Source of the DNA: Squalus acanthias
Taxonomy: Eukaryota
Assembly (NCBI GenBank): GCA_030390025.1
Contig: CM059431.1
Location: forward strand, 148,988,001 to 149,052,000
DNA: 64,000 nucleotides
Direction of reading: 5' to 3'
Part shown: piece by piece, positions 23,236 through 36,512 of the stretch
Layout of the letters: every line of letters starts with the position of its first letter
How positions within the stretch are numbered: position 1 is the stretch's first letter
The notes under the pieces: model-generated
What the model was told of the DNA's origin: nothing
Database searches by the model: none
Seen by the model: only the letters and a program-made list of their open reading frames with translations
Made by a program: the position numbers and the translations under genes

Positions 23236-26200
23236 GGTACCAATGACATAGGTAGAACTATGAATGAGGTTCTGCTGAGGAAGTTTGAGGAGCTAGGGTC
23301 TAAATTAATAAGCAGAACCACAAGGATAATAATCTCTGTAATACTACCAGAGGCACGCGCACATTGGCATAGGGTCAAGCAGATCACAGAGTTAAATGCG
23401 TGGCTCAAAGAGTGATGTGGGAAAAAGGTGCTTCTATTCATGGGTCACTGGCACCAGTACTGGGAAAAGTGGGAGCTGTTCCTTCGGGACGGGTTCCACT
23501 TAAACCAGGCTGTGATCAGCGTCCTGGCGAATCGAATAACTAGGGCTGTAGATAGGGCTTTAAACTGAAAAGGGGGGAGGGGTGAGGGGAGTGGAAATGT
23601 AGAAATCTAAAGAGAAAGGTCAAAGCAGTAGAGCATTGTAGCGATTTCGGTAAAAATAAGCAGAGTGTGACAGGAAGGGACAGATAGTTTAATGGTAGCA
23701 GTGCAGCAGAGAATAAGGTCAAAGCAGGGAATAATGTTAAAACAATTAAATTAAAGGCTCTTTATCTGAATGCACGAAGCATTCGTCACAAAATAGGAAC
23801 TAGTGGCACAAATAGAGATACATGGTTTTGATCTAATAACCATTAGAGTGGCATGGTTATAAGGTGGCCAAGGTTGGGAACTAATTGTTCCAGGGTACTT
23901 GACGTTTCGAAAAGATAGGCAGAATGGAAAAGGAAGGGTAGTAGCCCTGTTAATAAAGGATGACATAAGGACAGTAGCGAGAACGGATCTCTGCTCGGAA
24001 GATCAGGAAGCAGAATCAGTATGGGTGGAGATAAGGAATAACAAGGGGAAGAAAACACTGGTGGCAGTAGTATATAGGCCATGTAACAGTAGCTATACCG
24101 TTGGACAGAATATTAATCAAGAAATAGTAGGAGCTTGCAACAAAGGTAATGCAATAATCTTGGGGGACTTTAATCTTCATATAGACTGGCCAAATAACAT
24201 TGGCAATGTAGTCTAGCGAGTTGGCTGAAGTAGATTGGAAAAATAGATTACAAGGTATGACGGTAGCTTAGCAGTGGTTAGCATTTAAATAAATATTTCA
24301 TAATTCTCAACAAAAATACTTTCCATTGAGAAACTAAAACTCCACGGGAAAAGTAATCCAAACATGACTGACTAAAGACGTTAAGGATAGAATTAGATTG
24401 AAAGAAGAAGCTTATAATGTTGCAAAGAATAATAGTAAGCCTGATGATTGGGAAAGTTCACAAACCAGCAAAGGTTGACTAAAATTTGATAAACTTGGAA
24501 CAAATAGAATGTGACAGAAAACTAGTAAGAAATTTAACGGCAGATTGTAAGGGTTTTTACCAGTATGTAAAATGGAAAAGAGTAGCAAAAGTAAAAGTTG
24601 GTCTCTCATTGGCTGCGACAGGAGAAATTATTATGTCGAGTAAGGAAATGGCAGAAAAGTGAAGCAAATATTTTTTATCAGTCTTCTCAGCAGAAGACAC
24701 AAAAAGCATACCAAAATGTTGGGGAACCAACGGCCTAATGAGGGTGAGGAACTTAACATAATTAATATAAGTAGAGATCAAGTACTAGAGAAACTTATGG
24801 GACTAAGAGCCAACAAATCCCCAGGACCTGACGAACTACATCCTCGGGTTTTAAAAGAGGTGGCTGAAGAGATAGTGTATGCATTGGTTTTGATCTTCCA
24901 AAATTCCCTAGATTCTGGAATGGTCCCAGCGGATAGGAAGGTCGCAAATATAACACCGCTATTCAAAAAAGGAGCGAGAGAAAAAATAGGGAACTAAGGC
25001 CAGTTAGCCTGATAGCAGTCTTCGGGAAAATGTTGGAATCCATTGTTAAGGAAGTGGTATCAAGTCACTTAGAAAATCATAACATGATTAGGCAGAGTCA
25101 ACATGGTTTTATGAAAGGGAAATCGTGTTTGAAAATTTATTAGGGTTTTGAGGATGTTACTAGCAGGGTAGATAAAGGGGAACCAGTGGATGTAGTGTAT
25201 TTTGATTTCCAAAAGTCATTCGATAAGTTGCCACAGAAAAGATTATTACACAAGAGTAGGGCTCATGGGTTTGGGTGTAATATAGCAGCAATAATAGAGG
25301 ATTTTTTAACGGACAGAAAACAGAGAGTAGGGATAAACGGCTCTTTTTCAGGTTGGCAGGCTGTAACTAGTGGGGTGCCGCAAAGATCAGTTTAGGTGAC
25401 TCAGCTATTTACAAACTCTATTAATGACATGGATGATCGGGCCAAATGTAATGTATCCAAATTTGCTGATTATACAAATCTAGGTGGGACAGTAAGCTGT
25501 GAGGAGAAGACAAAAAGTTTGCAAAGTGATGTAGGTAGACTTAGTGCGTGGGCAGTACGGTGGCAGGTGGAGTGTCATGTAGGGAAATGTGAATTTATTC
25601 ACTTTGGTAGGAAGAATAGAAAAACAGAATAATTTTAAATGGTGAGGAACTTTGCAATATTGGTGTTCAGAGTGTGTGTCCTCGTGCAAGAAGCACAGAA
25701 ATCTAGCATGCAGGTACAGCAAGCAATAAGGAAGGCAAAATGGCATGCTGGCCTATATTGCAAGGGGGTTGGTGTATAAGTGTAAGGAAGTCTTGAAGTC
25801 TTGCTGCAATTGTACAGGGCCTTGGTGGGACCACACCTGGAGTACTGTGCACAGTTTTGGTCTCCATATCTAAGAAAGGATATACGTGCCTTGTAGGCGG
25901 TGCAATGAAGGTTCACTAGATTGATTCCTGTGATGAGAGGGCTGTCCTATGATGAGAGATTGTGCAGATTGGGCTATACTCTCTGGAGTTTAGAAGATTC
26001 AGAGGTGATCTCCTTGAAACATACAAGATTCTGAAGGGAACGACAGAGTAGATGCTAAGAGATTGTTTCTCCTTGCTGGAGTGTCCAGCACTAGAGGGCA
26101 TTTTTTCAGGATAAGAGGTAGGCCACTTAAGACTGAGATGAGGTGGAATTTCTTCACTCAGAGTGCTGTGAATCTTTGGGATTCTCTGCGTCAGAGGGCT

Positions 26201-26396
26201 GTGAATGCTGAGTCTTTTAGCATATCCATGGTTGAAATAGATAGATTTTTGGACTCTACTTGAATCAAGGGATATGGAGATCGGGCGGGAAAGTGCAGTT
26301 GAGGTCGATGATCAGCCATGATCTTATTGAATGGCGGAGCAGTTTCGAGTGGCCCTTTGGCCTACTCCTGCTCTTATTTCTTATCTTCTTCTGTTC
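23236..26396 (+). mobile_element. CR1 from ORF1 esterase to 3' tail, decayed, deletion near 24215
   Basis: Esterase C-terminus, YLNARSI, KSPGPDELHPRVLKE, FQKSFDKLP, KFADYT, 3' tail. Confidence 0.9.
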
Positions 26397-27720
26397 TTAA
26401 TAAGATCATGGCTGGTCTTCAACCTCATCTCCACTTCCCTACACTATCAGCATATCCCTTGAATCCCTTAATATTCAAAAATAAATCGATCTCTGTTTTG
26501 AATATACTAAAAGGATAAGCCTCCACAGCCATCTGGGGTAGAGAATTCCAAAGATTCACCACCCTCTGAGAGAAGAAATTTCTCCTCATCACAGTCCTAA
26601 ACGGCCGACCCTTACTCTGAGTTTGTGCCCCTGGCACTAGACTCCCCAGCCAGGAATTTTGAATATTTAGATCACATCTCATTCGTCTAAACTCTAGAGA
26701 ATATATACATATTCTACTCAATCTCTCCTCATAGGACAATCCCCCCATCCCAGGAACCAGTCTGGTGAGCCTTCGTTGCACTCCCACTAAGGCAAGTATA
26801 TCTTTCCTTAAGTAAGGAGACCAAAACTGTTCTCAATACTACAAGATTGGTCTCAACTGGGCCCTATATAATTGCAGAACACGTCTTTACTCCTATTATC
26901 AAATACTAATGTAATAAATGTCAACATAGCATTTGTTTTCCTATTTGCTTGATGCATCTGCATGTTAACTTTCAATGATTCGTGTACGAGGACACCCATG
27001 TCCCTCTGAACACAAACATTTCCCAATCTCTCAGCAATGAAAAAATACTACGATTTTCTATTTTTCATCCCAAAATAGATAACGTCATATTCTCCTCATT
27101 ATATTCCATTTGCCATGTACTTTCCCACTCACTTAGCCTGTCTATATCCTCTTGAATCCGCCTTGCATCGTCCTCACATCTTACATTCCAACCCATCTTT
27201 GTATCGTCAGCAGACTTAGAAATATTGCATTTGGTGTCCTCATCCAAATCATTGATGTAGATTGGGAATAGCTGAGACCCATGGACTAATTTTTGCTTTA
27301 CACCACTAGTTGCAGCTGCCAACCCTAAAATGACCTATTTATTCTTCTCCTTTGTTTTCTGTCCGTTAGCCAATCCTCAATCCATGCTAATATATTACCC
27401 CGAATTCCATGAGCCCTAATTTTGTTCAATTACCTCTTTTTTGGACGATTTATCGAATGCCTTCTGAAGATCCAAATACACCACATCCACTGATTCCCCC
27501 TTATCTATTCTGCTAGCTCAAAAAATTCCAACAGATTTGTCAAACTCGATTTCCATTTCATAAATCCGTATTTACTCTGCTCAATCGTATTATTATTTTC
27601 TAAGTGCCCTGTTAGCATCCTTAATAATGGATTCTAGCATTTCCCACACTACTGATGTCAGGCTAACTGATCTGTAGTTCTCCGCTTTCTCTCTCCCACT
27701 TTCTTAAATAGTGGGTTTAC
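26397..27720 (-). mobile_element. CR1 RT/3' portion
   Basis: VQRRLTRLVPGMGGLSYEERL; YINDLDEDTKCNISKSADD. Confidence 0.9.
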
Positions 27721-27749
27721 ATCGGCTCTCACTTTCGGACGCAGGGGGC

Positions 27750-28120
27750 AAAGGAAAGTGATCAGGAACAGGAACCCTGGCGTATTTCCAAACTCTCTGA
27801 ACCAGGGGTCATTGTACATCGCTCAGGAGCAGGAACCCTCGATCAATCCCACCCTCCCAAATTCGGGCGGCACTTGAAAGTAATCAGGATCAACAGCCTT
27901 GTCTGCTTTCCAATCTCTATAAGCCAGGGCCCAGTGATCAGTTTCAGGATCCCTGGCTGATTTCCCCTCTATATAAATGAGGTGTCACTAGACAGTGAAC
28001 AGGAGCAAGAACCCTGGCTGATTACTATGCGCTATAAACCAGCTCTCTCTGCACAGTGATCAGAGCAGGACACACGCCTTGTTTCATCTCGATATAAATC
28101 AGGAGTCACTGGGCAGTGAT
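27750..28120. repeat. ~60-bp degenerate tandem repeat
   Basis: CAGTGATCAGGAGCAGGAACCCTGG-like motif recurs about every 60 bp, 6-7 times. Confidence 0.75.
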
Positions 28121-28501
28121 CTGATGGTTTTTATAACAATCCGATAGTTTCTTGGTCACCATTACTAAAACTAGCTTTTTATTCCAGATTTATTAAATTA
28201 ACGGCGCGGCTTCCGGGAGCTGTTGTGAGGAGAACGGATCTACATCTCCCAGCATGCCAAGCGAGTTGGACTCCTCCATTTTGTCCAGGAAGCCGGTGCC
28301 TGCGGCACTATTTAAAGGGATCCTCACCAATAACTCGCCCCTGACAGGATTTTGCAGTTTGAGTGGCTGTGTGCTACTTCCTTTCACTGCAAGAATTTTA
28401 TTTAGTTATTTCAAGTTTATTTAGTATCAGGGAGTATTCCGCAGGTAAAAACTTCTTCATCATTTTTGAGGGGCTTCAAACTACAACACTTGCTATATGT
28501 C

Positions 28502-29659
28502 ATGGGGACTGTACTGACAGTCGACCTCGCTCTGCAACATCTACGGCGGAGGGAGCGGAGGCAGCGAGAAAGATGGGAGCATGTGCGCAGAAGGAGGAGG
28601 AGGAGAGCCATCAGGGCTGTCAGCAGGAGGCCTTAACCTCCTAGGGTCTTCCGACAATAGTGCACCTACCTTTAATTAAGCGAGGAGCAGTGTATTAGGA
28701 GGCTTCGCTTCAACAAGGAGGTGGTCACAAAACTCTGCCCACTTTCTGCAACCAGACCCCCAGCCTCAGACCAGGGCAACCGCGGCTCTCCCAGTGTCTG
28801 TCAATGGCACCGTGGCCTTCAATGTCTTCGCCGGATGATCATTCCGTTCTGCAGGAGGAGACGTGGCTAACATCAAACAGTTTGGCATCCATCGCTGATG
28901 CTCTCCGCACCAGGAGATTGGATTACATTTGGCTTCCTGATCACCAGAGAGAATCAGGACGAGCTTGCATGTGGCTTTGCCAGGATAGTGCGCTTCCCCA
29001 TGGTGCAGGGCGAAATCGATGCACCCTTGTGCCTTTGTGGGAACCGTATAACAACCTGAGATTTTCTGTAACCGCAAAGGCTACCAATCACTTAATGTGC
29101 AGTTGGTGTGCGACCACAGACCGCGAATCGTCTCTGTCAACGCACGGCATCGTGGCAGCAGCCGTTTTGTCTTCCTCCTCCGCCAGACTGGTGTGCCAGC
29201 ATTCTTCCAGCCACCACGTAAATTTCGAGGGTGGCAGCTCGGAGACAAGGACTAGCCGCTCTCCACCCGGCATATGACTCCTCTCCACAGCACCAAAATT
29301 CAGGCTCAGCATTCATATAATGGGAGCCGTGCGGCCCCCAGGAGCATCATCGTGCAGACCATCGGCTTATTGAAGCAACAGTTCTGCTGCCTTGACCCCT
29401 CCGGTGGAGCCCTCCAGTACTCCGTTGAGTGGGTTTCCCATTTCGAGGTGGTCTGCTGCATGCTCTACAACTTGGTATTCATCAGAGCGCAGCCCTTGAC
29501 AGCAGGAATTGCGGGATCTCCTCAGGAGGAGGACGAGGGGGAGGAGAAGCAGTCAGAGGATGGGAAGGAAGAGGAAGAGGGGGAACGAAGGAGGCAGTGA
29601 GACAATCGGCCTTCTGGATGGGCCGTCGTGACAAGCTCATCAGACTCCGATTCACATGA
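28502..29659 (+). pseudogene. Harbinger (HARBI1-like) DDE transposase, decayed
   Basis: Collinear with the 63536-62394 transposase (RRLRFNKEVVT, FPMVQGEID, TIGLLKQQFCCLDPSGGALQYS, VVCCMLYN, acidic tail); many stops. Confidence 0.9.
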
Positions 29660-29839
29660 ATGAAAACCCAGATTGCCGTTGTTCACCACATCCCCATCAT
29701 GCAATCCCTTTCTCTGGCGTATTACAGCGTCCTCCTGGGCACACGGGTAAAATGAGAGTCACCACGAAAGATTCCAAGCACAATTAATACATTTTTCAAT
29801 AAATATAACACACATATTTACAGAAATACTGTTAACTAA

Positions 29840-32290
29840 TCACAATTGCGTAATCCCTTAGTGCCTGTCGTTCGTGTGCCTTTTTCTACCCTGGTGCTCC
29901 TACGCAGTGCTACCCCAGTGGTTGCAGCACGGTTCGCTGAAGTCTGCTGAGTTTCCAAGCGAGAAACTTGAGCTGGCCTTGCCGGACGACCTCGACCAGC
30001 TGTGGAACTAGGAGGCTCGGCTGTAGACTTCAACAGTTCGGCATGGGCGGCGGCAGTCTGGGCTGGCTGTTTTTATGGGTAGCGGCAAGGGCAATGGTAA
30101 AATAATGGGACTCAAGGCGGATAAATCACCTGGACCTGATGGCTTACATCCTAGAGTCTTGAAGGAAGTGGCGGTAGGGATTGTAGATGCATTGGTAATA
30201 ATTTTTCAAAACTCCCTGTATTCCGCTAATGTCCCGGCAGACTGGAAAACTGCTAATGTAACACCCTTATTTAAAAAGGGCAGTAGACAGAAGGCTGGTA
30301 ACTATAGACCGGTTAGCCTAACATCTGTGGTAGGTAAAATTTTGGAGTCCATTATTAAGGAAACAGTAACAGGACATTTGGATAATCATAATTTAATAGG
30401 ACAAAGTCAGCATGGTTTTACGAAGGGGAAGTCATGTTTGACAAATTTGCTGGAGTTCTTTGAGGAAGTAACATATAGAGTGGATAAAGGGGAACCAGTG
30501 GACGTAGTGTATTTAGACTTCCAAAAGGCATTTGACAAGGTGCCACACAAAAGATTATTGCTTAAGGTAAAAAATCACGGGATTGGGGGTAATATTCTGG
30601 CATGGATAGAGGATTGGCTATCTAACAGAAAGCAAAGAGTTGGGATAAATGGTTCATTCTCAGACTGGCAATCAGTAACTAGTGGTGTTCCACAGGGGTC
30701 AGTGCTGGGTCCCCAACTCTTTACAATCTATATTAACGATTTGGAGGAAGGGACCAAGTGTAACATATCAAAATTTGCAGATGATACAAAGATGGGAGGG
30801 AAAGTAGTGAGTGAGGAGGACATAAAAAACCTGCAAGGGGACATAGACAGGCTAAGTAAGTGGGCAGAGATTTGGCAGATGGAATACAACACTGGAAAGT
30901 GTGAGGTGATGCACTTTGGCAGGAAAAATCCTAGAGCAATTTATTATCTTAATGGCAAGAAACTGGAGAGTACTGAAGTGCAAAGGGATCTGGGGGTCCT
31001 GGTGCACGAAACTCAAAAGGTTAGTATGCAGGTGCAGCAAGTGATTAAGAAGGCAAATGGAATGTTGGCTTTCATTGCTAGGGGGATAGAATATAAAAAT
31101 AGGGATGTATTGCTTCAGTTGTACAAGGTATTGGTGAGACCGCACCTGGAATACTGCAGACAGTTTTGGTGTCCTTACTTAAGGAAAGACATCCTTGGTC
31201 TCGAGGCAGTGCAAAAAAGGTTCATTCGGTTAATCCCGGGGATGAGGGGGTGGTCATATGAGGAGAGGTTGGGTAGATTGTGACTCTACTCATTGGAGTT
31301 CAGAAGAATGAGAGGCGATCTTATTGAAACATATAAGATTGTGAAGGGGTTGGATCGGGTGGATACGGGGAGGATGTTCCCGATGACGGGTGAGACTAGA
31401 ACTAGGGGACATAGTCTTAGAATAAGGGGCTGCTCTTTCAAAACTGAGATGAGGAGGAACTACTTCACTCAGAGGGTGGTAGTTCCATGGAATATGCTGC
31501 CACAAAAAGCTGTAGAAGCTACTTCATTAAATAAATTTAAAACAGAAATAGACAGTTTCCTAGAAGTAAAGGGCATTAAGGGCTACGGGGAGCGGGCAGG
31601 AATTTGGACATGAGTCTAGGTTCGGATCGGTCATGGCCCTGTGGGTAGTGGAGCGGGCCCAGGGACCGTGTAGCCTGATTCTGCTCCTATTTCGTGTGTG
31701 CAATTCTGTTAGACGCAGGAGATGGTTCTCTGATAGATAGTAGATTGGCGGTTAGGATCAGATCAGCCATGATCTTATTGAATGGCGGAGCAGGCTCGAG
31801 GGGCCGATCGGCCTACTCCTGCTCCTATTTCTTATGTTCTTATGTTGTTATGGCGGAGTGGCAGTGATGGAAGCAGGAATGCTCTCAGCCTGAAAGAGGA
31901 CAGCAGCTTCCTGCTCCACTGGCGCACTGCAACTCTCCCCCCGGGGGCGACACCTCAGCATCCATAGCAATCTGTTGGAGCACAGATTGCAGGCATGCTG
32001 CGACACTGTGACAGCCCCTGCCGACGGTGGTAGACCCAGCTACGGTGGCAGCTGTCAGAGTTTGGGCGGCATCGCGTTGAGACTGTGTGAGAGCTTGGAT
32101 GCCGCCTAGTGGCTACTGCGCAGTGCAGTTTAACCTTCCGCTGCAGCATTGAGAATGTGTAACGCTTCCATCAGCGCTGTTATGGAAGCCGCGACATCGC
32201 TCCTCTTGCTGGTCATCACGTTTGGGTCGCCATGGTCTCTCTAGGAATGCACTGTCATTTCCAGACTGGACATCCTGGGCTCCGTGCTCT
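29840..32290 (-). pseudogene. Harbinger second ORF (Myb/SANT-type partner), C-terminal part, split by CR1
   Basis: KSTAEPPSSTAGRGRPARP..VALRRSTRV resembles QSAAGPSRPRTGRGRPS..VPLRRSSRV at ~61870-62010; convergent with the transposase. Confidence 0.7.
30098..31849 (+). mobile_element. Young 5'-truncated CR1 (RT + 3'UTR)
   Basis: 402-aa RT ORF (QGSVLGP, KFADD), one TGA at 31281, frame continues to 31613; ATGG TSD at 30094-30097 and 31850-31853. Confidence 0.95.
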
Positions 32291-32294
32291 GCGC

Positions 32295-32760
32295 TGTTAT
32301 ATTTGGATCACAGGTCACACACAGAATACCCAAAGGGTCATAGCGGTCACAGGTCGTTTTATTATGGAGCGACAGTTCAAATGCAGTTAAATGAGGTTAG
32401 ATATAGTAGACATACAACTAGTAACATATCAGTTCGCTTTATTGGCCCCGGAACAGCGGTCGGGCGGATCAATGGAGGTTGAGGCAGAACAGATTCAAGG
32501 AACCCTGCAGCCTGCAGCAGCGGGCTCGTCTTCTTTGGTTTCTCCCGAGGCTGGCGGAGGGGTGAGGCCGTGTCTAGCTTGAGAGCGACCTCAGAGGAAG
32601 CTCTCCCCTCTTTGCCTCCCCTGGGAAGCTCTTCGCCTCTCTGGCAGAACAGTTCCGATACCTTTACCCCACTGCACAGCTTCAGGGATGATTCTAATGG
32701 GGAGTAGTCAGCACAACCCTTATTAAACTGTTGCCTTCCTGCGACTTAATAAATACATGC
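32295..32760 (-). mobile_element. Possible solo-LTR-like insertion
   Basis: Minus strand ends ...AATAAA..~60 nt..TATAACA; unrelated to flanks; other boundary and TSD unclear. Confidence 0.35.
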
Positions 32761-32764
32761 CTTG

Positions 32765-33565
32765 ATAAATCTCCCTCTGCTGTTGCCTCTCTGTATCAAA
32801 GTACTCACTCACAACTTTATCCATCTCCCTCTGCTGGTGTCTCTCTGTATCACAGTACTCAGTCTCACCTTTATCTAATTCCCTCTGCTGGTGTCCCTCT
32901 GTATCACAGCACTCAGTCTCATCTCTATCTATTTCCCTCAGCTGGTGTCTCTCTATATCACTGACAGTACTCAGTCTCACCTTTATCCATATCTCTCTGC
33001 TAGTGTCTCTCTGTATCACAGTACTCAGTCTCACATTTATCTAGTTCCCTCTGCTTGTCGCTCTCTGTATCACAGTACTCAGTCTCATTTTATCTATCTC
33101 CCTCTGCTGGTGCTTCTCTGTATCACTATATTCGGTCTCACCTTCATCTATTTCACTCTGCTGCGATCTCTCTGTATCACAGCACACTCAATCTCACCGT
33201 TATCTCGCTCCCTGTTCGTGTATCTTTCTGTTTCACTCTACACAGTCTCACCTTTATCAATCTCTCTCTGCTGGTGCCTTTCTGTATCAGCGTACTCAGT
33301 CTCACCTTTATTTATCTCACTCTGCTGGTTTCTCTCTGTTTCACAGTACTCATACTCAGCTTTATCAAACTAACTCTGCTGTTGTCTCTCTGTATCACAA
33401 TACTTAGTTTCACCTTTATCTCTCTCTCCCTCTGCTGGCATCTCTCTGTATCACTGCTCATTCAGTTACACACTGCTGTCTGCCTCCCTCTGCTGGTCTC
33501 TCTTGATATCACTCCACAATCAGTTGCACCCTTCTCTCTGCCTCCCTCTGCTGGTATATCTCTAT
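32765..33565. repeat. 54-bp CT-rich minisatellite
   Basis: CTCCCTCTGCTGGTGTCTCTCTGTATCACAGTACTCAGTCTCACCTTTATC-like unit; starts at 32771 and 32825. Confidence 0.9.
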
Positions 33566-33574
33566 AACACTGTT

Positions 33575-33735
33575 CCATCTACACTGTCCCACCAAACACG
33601 CGCAGGACAGGTACTGCACGGGTTAGATACAGAGTAAGGCTCCCACTACACTGTCCCATCAAACTGTCCCTGGGCAGGTACAGTACGGGTTCATTTACAG
33701 AGTAAAGCTGCATCGACACTGTCCCTTCAAACAAT
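33575..33735. repeat. 67-bp satellite fragment
   Basis: Same unit as 21140-21460. Confidence 0.8.
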
Positions 33736-34280
33736 CCGAGGCCCCTGCCACAGGTTTCAATATCCTCCCCTCCACCACTGATGCACTGTGTCTGCTCTAT
33801 GTATGTTCTTACAAGATGACCAATGTCAGGCCATGAGGACTAAAAGGCCAGGTCGCAGAATGGATGGAAAGATGGCAACAGACTTCCCTTAACTCCAACC
33901 CTCTGATTTTTGTTTTGCAACCCTATTTCCATTCAATCTGCTGCCTTCCCCTTCACACCACAAGGTTTGACCTTGGTCATCTTGTAGATTGGACATACTT
34001 TTATGCAGAGCAAGCTGGTTACAAAACAGAAAACAGAGAGTAGCTAATCAGGCCTGACAAAAGCTGGGAATTGTTGTTGCACAAGGACCTGTGCTGGGAC
34101 AACTGCTGTTTCAAATTCACATAAATGATTTGGAATCGGGAATGGGATGTACAATTTCTAGATTTGTCGATGAAAACCAATTGGGAGTTATAGTTAATAC
34201 TGAGGAAAACCTTGACACAATGCAAGAAAAATGAGAAGTCGCACAACACCAGGGTATAGTCCAACAGGTTTATTTAAAAA

Positions 34281-34316
34281 TAAAATGTTTCGGAGCTGTC
34301 GCCCCTTCCTCAGGTA
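34281..34316 (-). ncRNA. Second copy of the hammerhead motif in the inverted arm
   Basis: Exact reverse complement of 36513-36548. Confidence 0.7.
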
Positions 34317-34829
34317 GAGTTAGTGTGAGACAATCTACCAGAATTCACAGAATATAAACACAGAGACAATGCAGAGATTCAATCTTTCCCTACAACAAAG
34401 ACTCACAAAGAGCACAGCCAAGACAATGAGATGTGTCCCAGGGGGTCCAACGTGTCAAAACACCTGCTGGCTGCATATCCTCTCCATTTGGGTTTGTTTC
34501 TTGTGTTTGTTTCTTGTGTTTGTTTTTTTAAAAAGCTGGAAAAACCGGCAACGATGTCGGGTCACGTTCTGTAGCGTGACATGAACCCAATATCCCGATT
34601 GAGGCAGTCCTCATGAGTGCGGAACTTGGCTATCAGTTTCTACTCGATGATTTTGCATTGTCGTGTATCTCGAAGGCCACCTTGGAGAACGCTAAGCCGC
34701 AGATCCGAGGCTGAATGCCCTTGACTGCTGAAGTGTTCCCCGACTGGGAGGCAACACTCCTGCCTGGCGATTGTTGTGCGGTGTCCGTTCATACGTTGTC
34801 TCAGTGTCTACACTACACTAGACTACAGA

Positions 34830-36267
34830 CACTACAGAATTCTTGCAGAAACTCAGCACCCATGGACCAGTTGAACCAGGAACACTCCTCGCCACGATGG
34901 ACGTATCGGCACTCTACACCAATATCCCCCACAATGACGGCATCGCTGCGAAAGCATCAGTACTCAACACCAACAACAGCCAATCTCCAGACGCCATCCA
35001 ACAACTCACCCGCTTCATCCTTGAGCACAATGTCTTCACCTTCGACAACCATCTTTTTACACAAACACACAGAACAGCCATGGGGACCAAATTCGCAATC
35101 CAATACGCCAACATCTTCATGCACAAGTTCGAGCAAGACTTCTTCGCTGCACATTACCTCCAACCAACGCTGTACACCAGATACATCGACGACATCTTCT
35201 TCCTTTGGATCCACGGCGAAGGATCACTGAAAGGACTACACGATAGCATCAACAGGTTACATCCCACCATCAAACTCACCATGGACTAGTCCTCAGAATC
35301 GGTTTCATTCTTGGACACACCAATCTCCATCAAAGACGGACGCCTCAGCACTTCACTCTACCGGAAGCCCACGGACAACCTCACGATGCTCCAATTCTCC
35401 AGCTTCCACCCTAACCACGTCAAAGAAGCCATGCCCTATGGACAACCCCTGCAAATAAACAGGATCTGCTCAGACGTGGAGGAACGCGATGGACACCCAC
35501 GGACACTGAAAGACACCGTCGTAAGAACGGGATATGACGCTCGACTCGTCGATCGACAGTTCCGACGGGCCACAGCGAAAAACCGCATAGACCTCCTCAG
35601 AAGACGAACACGCGACACAACCAACAGAGTACCCTACGTCGTCCAGTACTTCCCCAGAGCGGAGAAACTCCGCCATGTTCTTCACAGCCTTCAACATGTC
35701 ATCGATGACGACGAACACCATGCTAAGGCCAACCCCACGCCTCCACTCCTCACCTTCAAGCAGCCGTCTAACCTCAAACATACCATCGTTCGCGGCAAAT
35801 TACCCTGCTTTCAGGAGAACAGCGACCACGGCACCACACAACCCTGCCACGGCAACCTCTGCAAGACATGCCAGATCATGGATAAAGATACCGTCATCAC
35901 ACGTGAGGAAACTACCCACCAGGTACATGGTACATACTCATGTGACTCGGCCAACGTTGTCTACCTGATACGTTGCAGTAAAGGATGCCCCAGAGCATGG
36001 TACATCGGCGAGACCATGCAGACACTGAGACAACGTATGAATGGACACCGCTCAACAATCGCCAGGCAGGAGTGTTGCCTCCCAGTCGGGGAACACTTCA
36101 TCAGTCAAGGGCATTCAGCCTCTGATCAGCGGGTTAGCGTTGTCCAAGGCGGCTTTTGGGATACACGACAACGCTAAATCATCGAGCAGAAACTGATAGC
36201 CAAGTTCCGCACTCATGAGGACGACCTCAATCGGGATATTAGGTTCATGTCACGCTACAGAACCTGA
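34830..36267 (+). pseudogene. Penelope RT/GIY-YIG endonuclease ORF, 5'-truncated, two nonsense codons
   Basis: Single frame: TMDVSALYTNIP, RYIDDIF, LYRKPTD, CHGNLCKTC, VVYLIRC..WYIGET..RMNGH; stops at 35287 and 36175. Confidence 0.92.
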
Positions 36268-36512
36268 CCCGACATCATTGCCGGTCTTTCAAGCTTTTTA
36301 ATAAAACAAACACAAGATACAAACACAAGAAACATACCCAAATGGAGAGGATATGCAGCCAGCAGGTGTTTTGACAAGTTGGATCCCCTGGGACACATCT
36401 CATTTTCTTGGCTGTGCTCTTAGTGTGTCTTTCATGTTGGGAAAGATTGAGTCGTTGCATTGTCTCTGTGTTTATATTCTGTGAATTCTGGTAGATTGTC
36501 TCATAGTAACTC

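Noticed and set aside
32891..33567. Hydrophobic 'membrane protein' ORFs
   Set aside because: Produced by the CT-rich 54-bp minisatellite.
32295..33569. TGTTATA...TATAACA as terminal inverted repeats of one element
   Set aside because: The right motif is a variant of the 54-bp repeat unit and no TSD is present.
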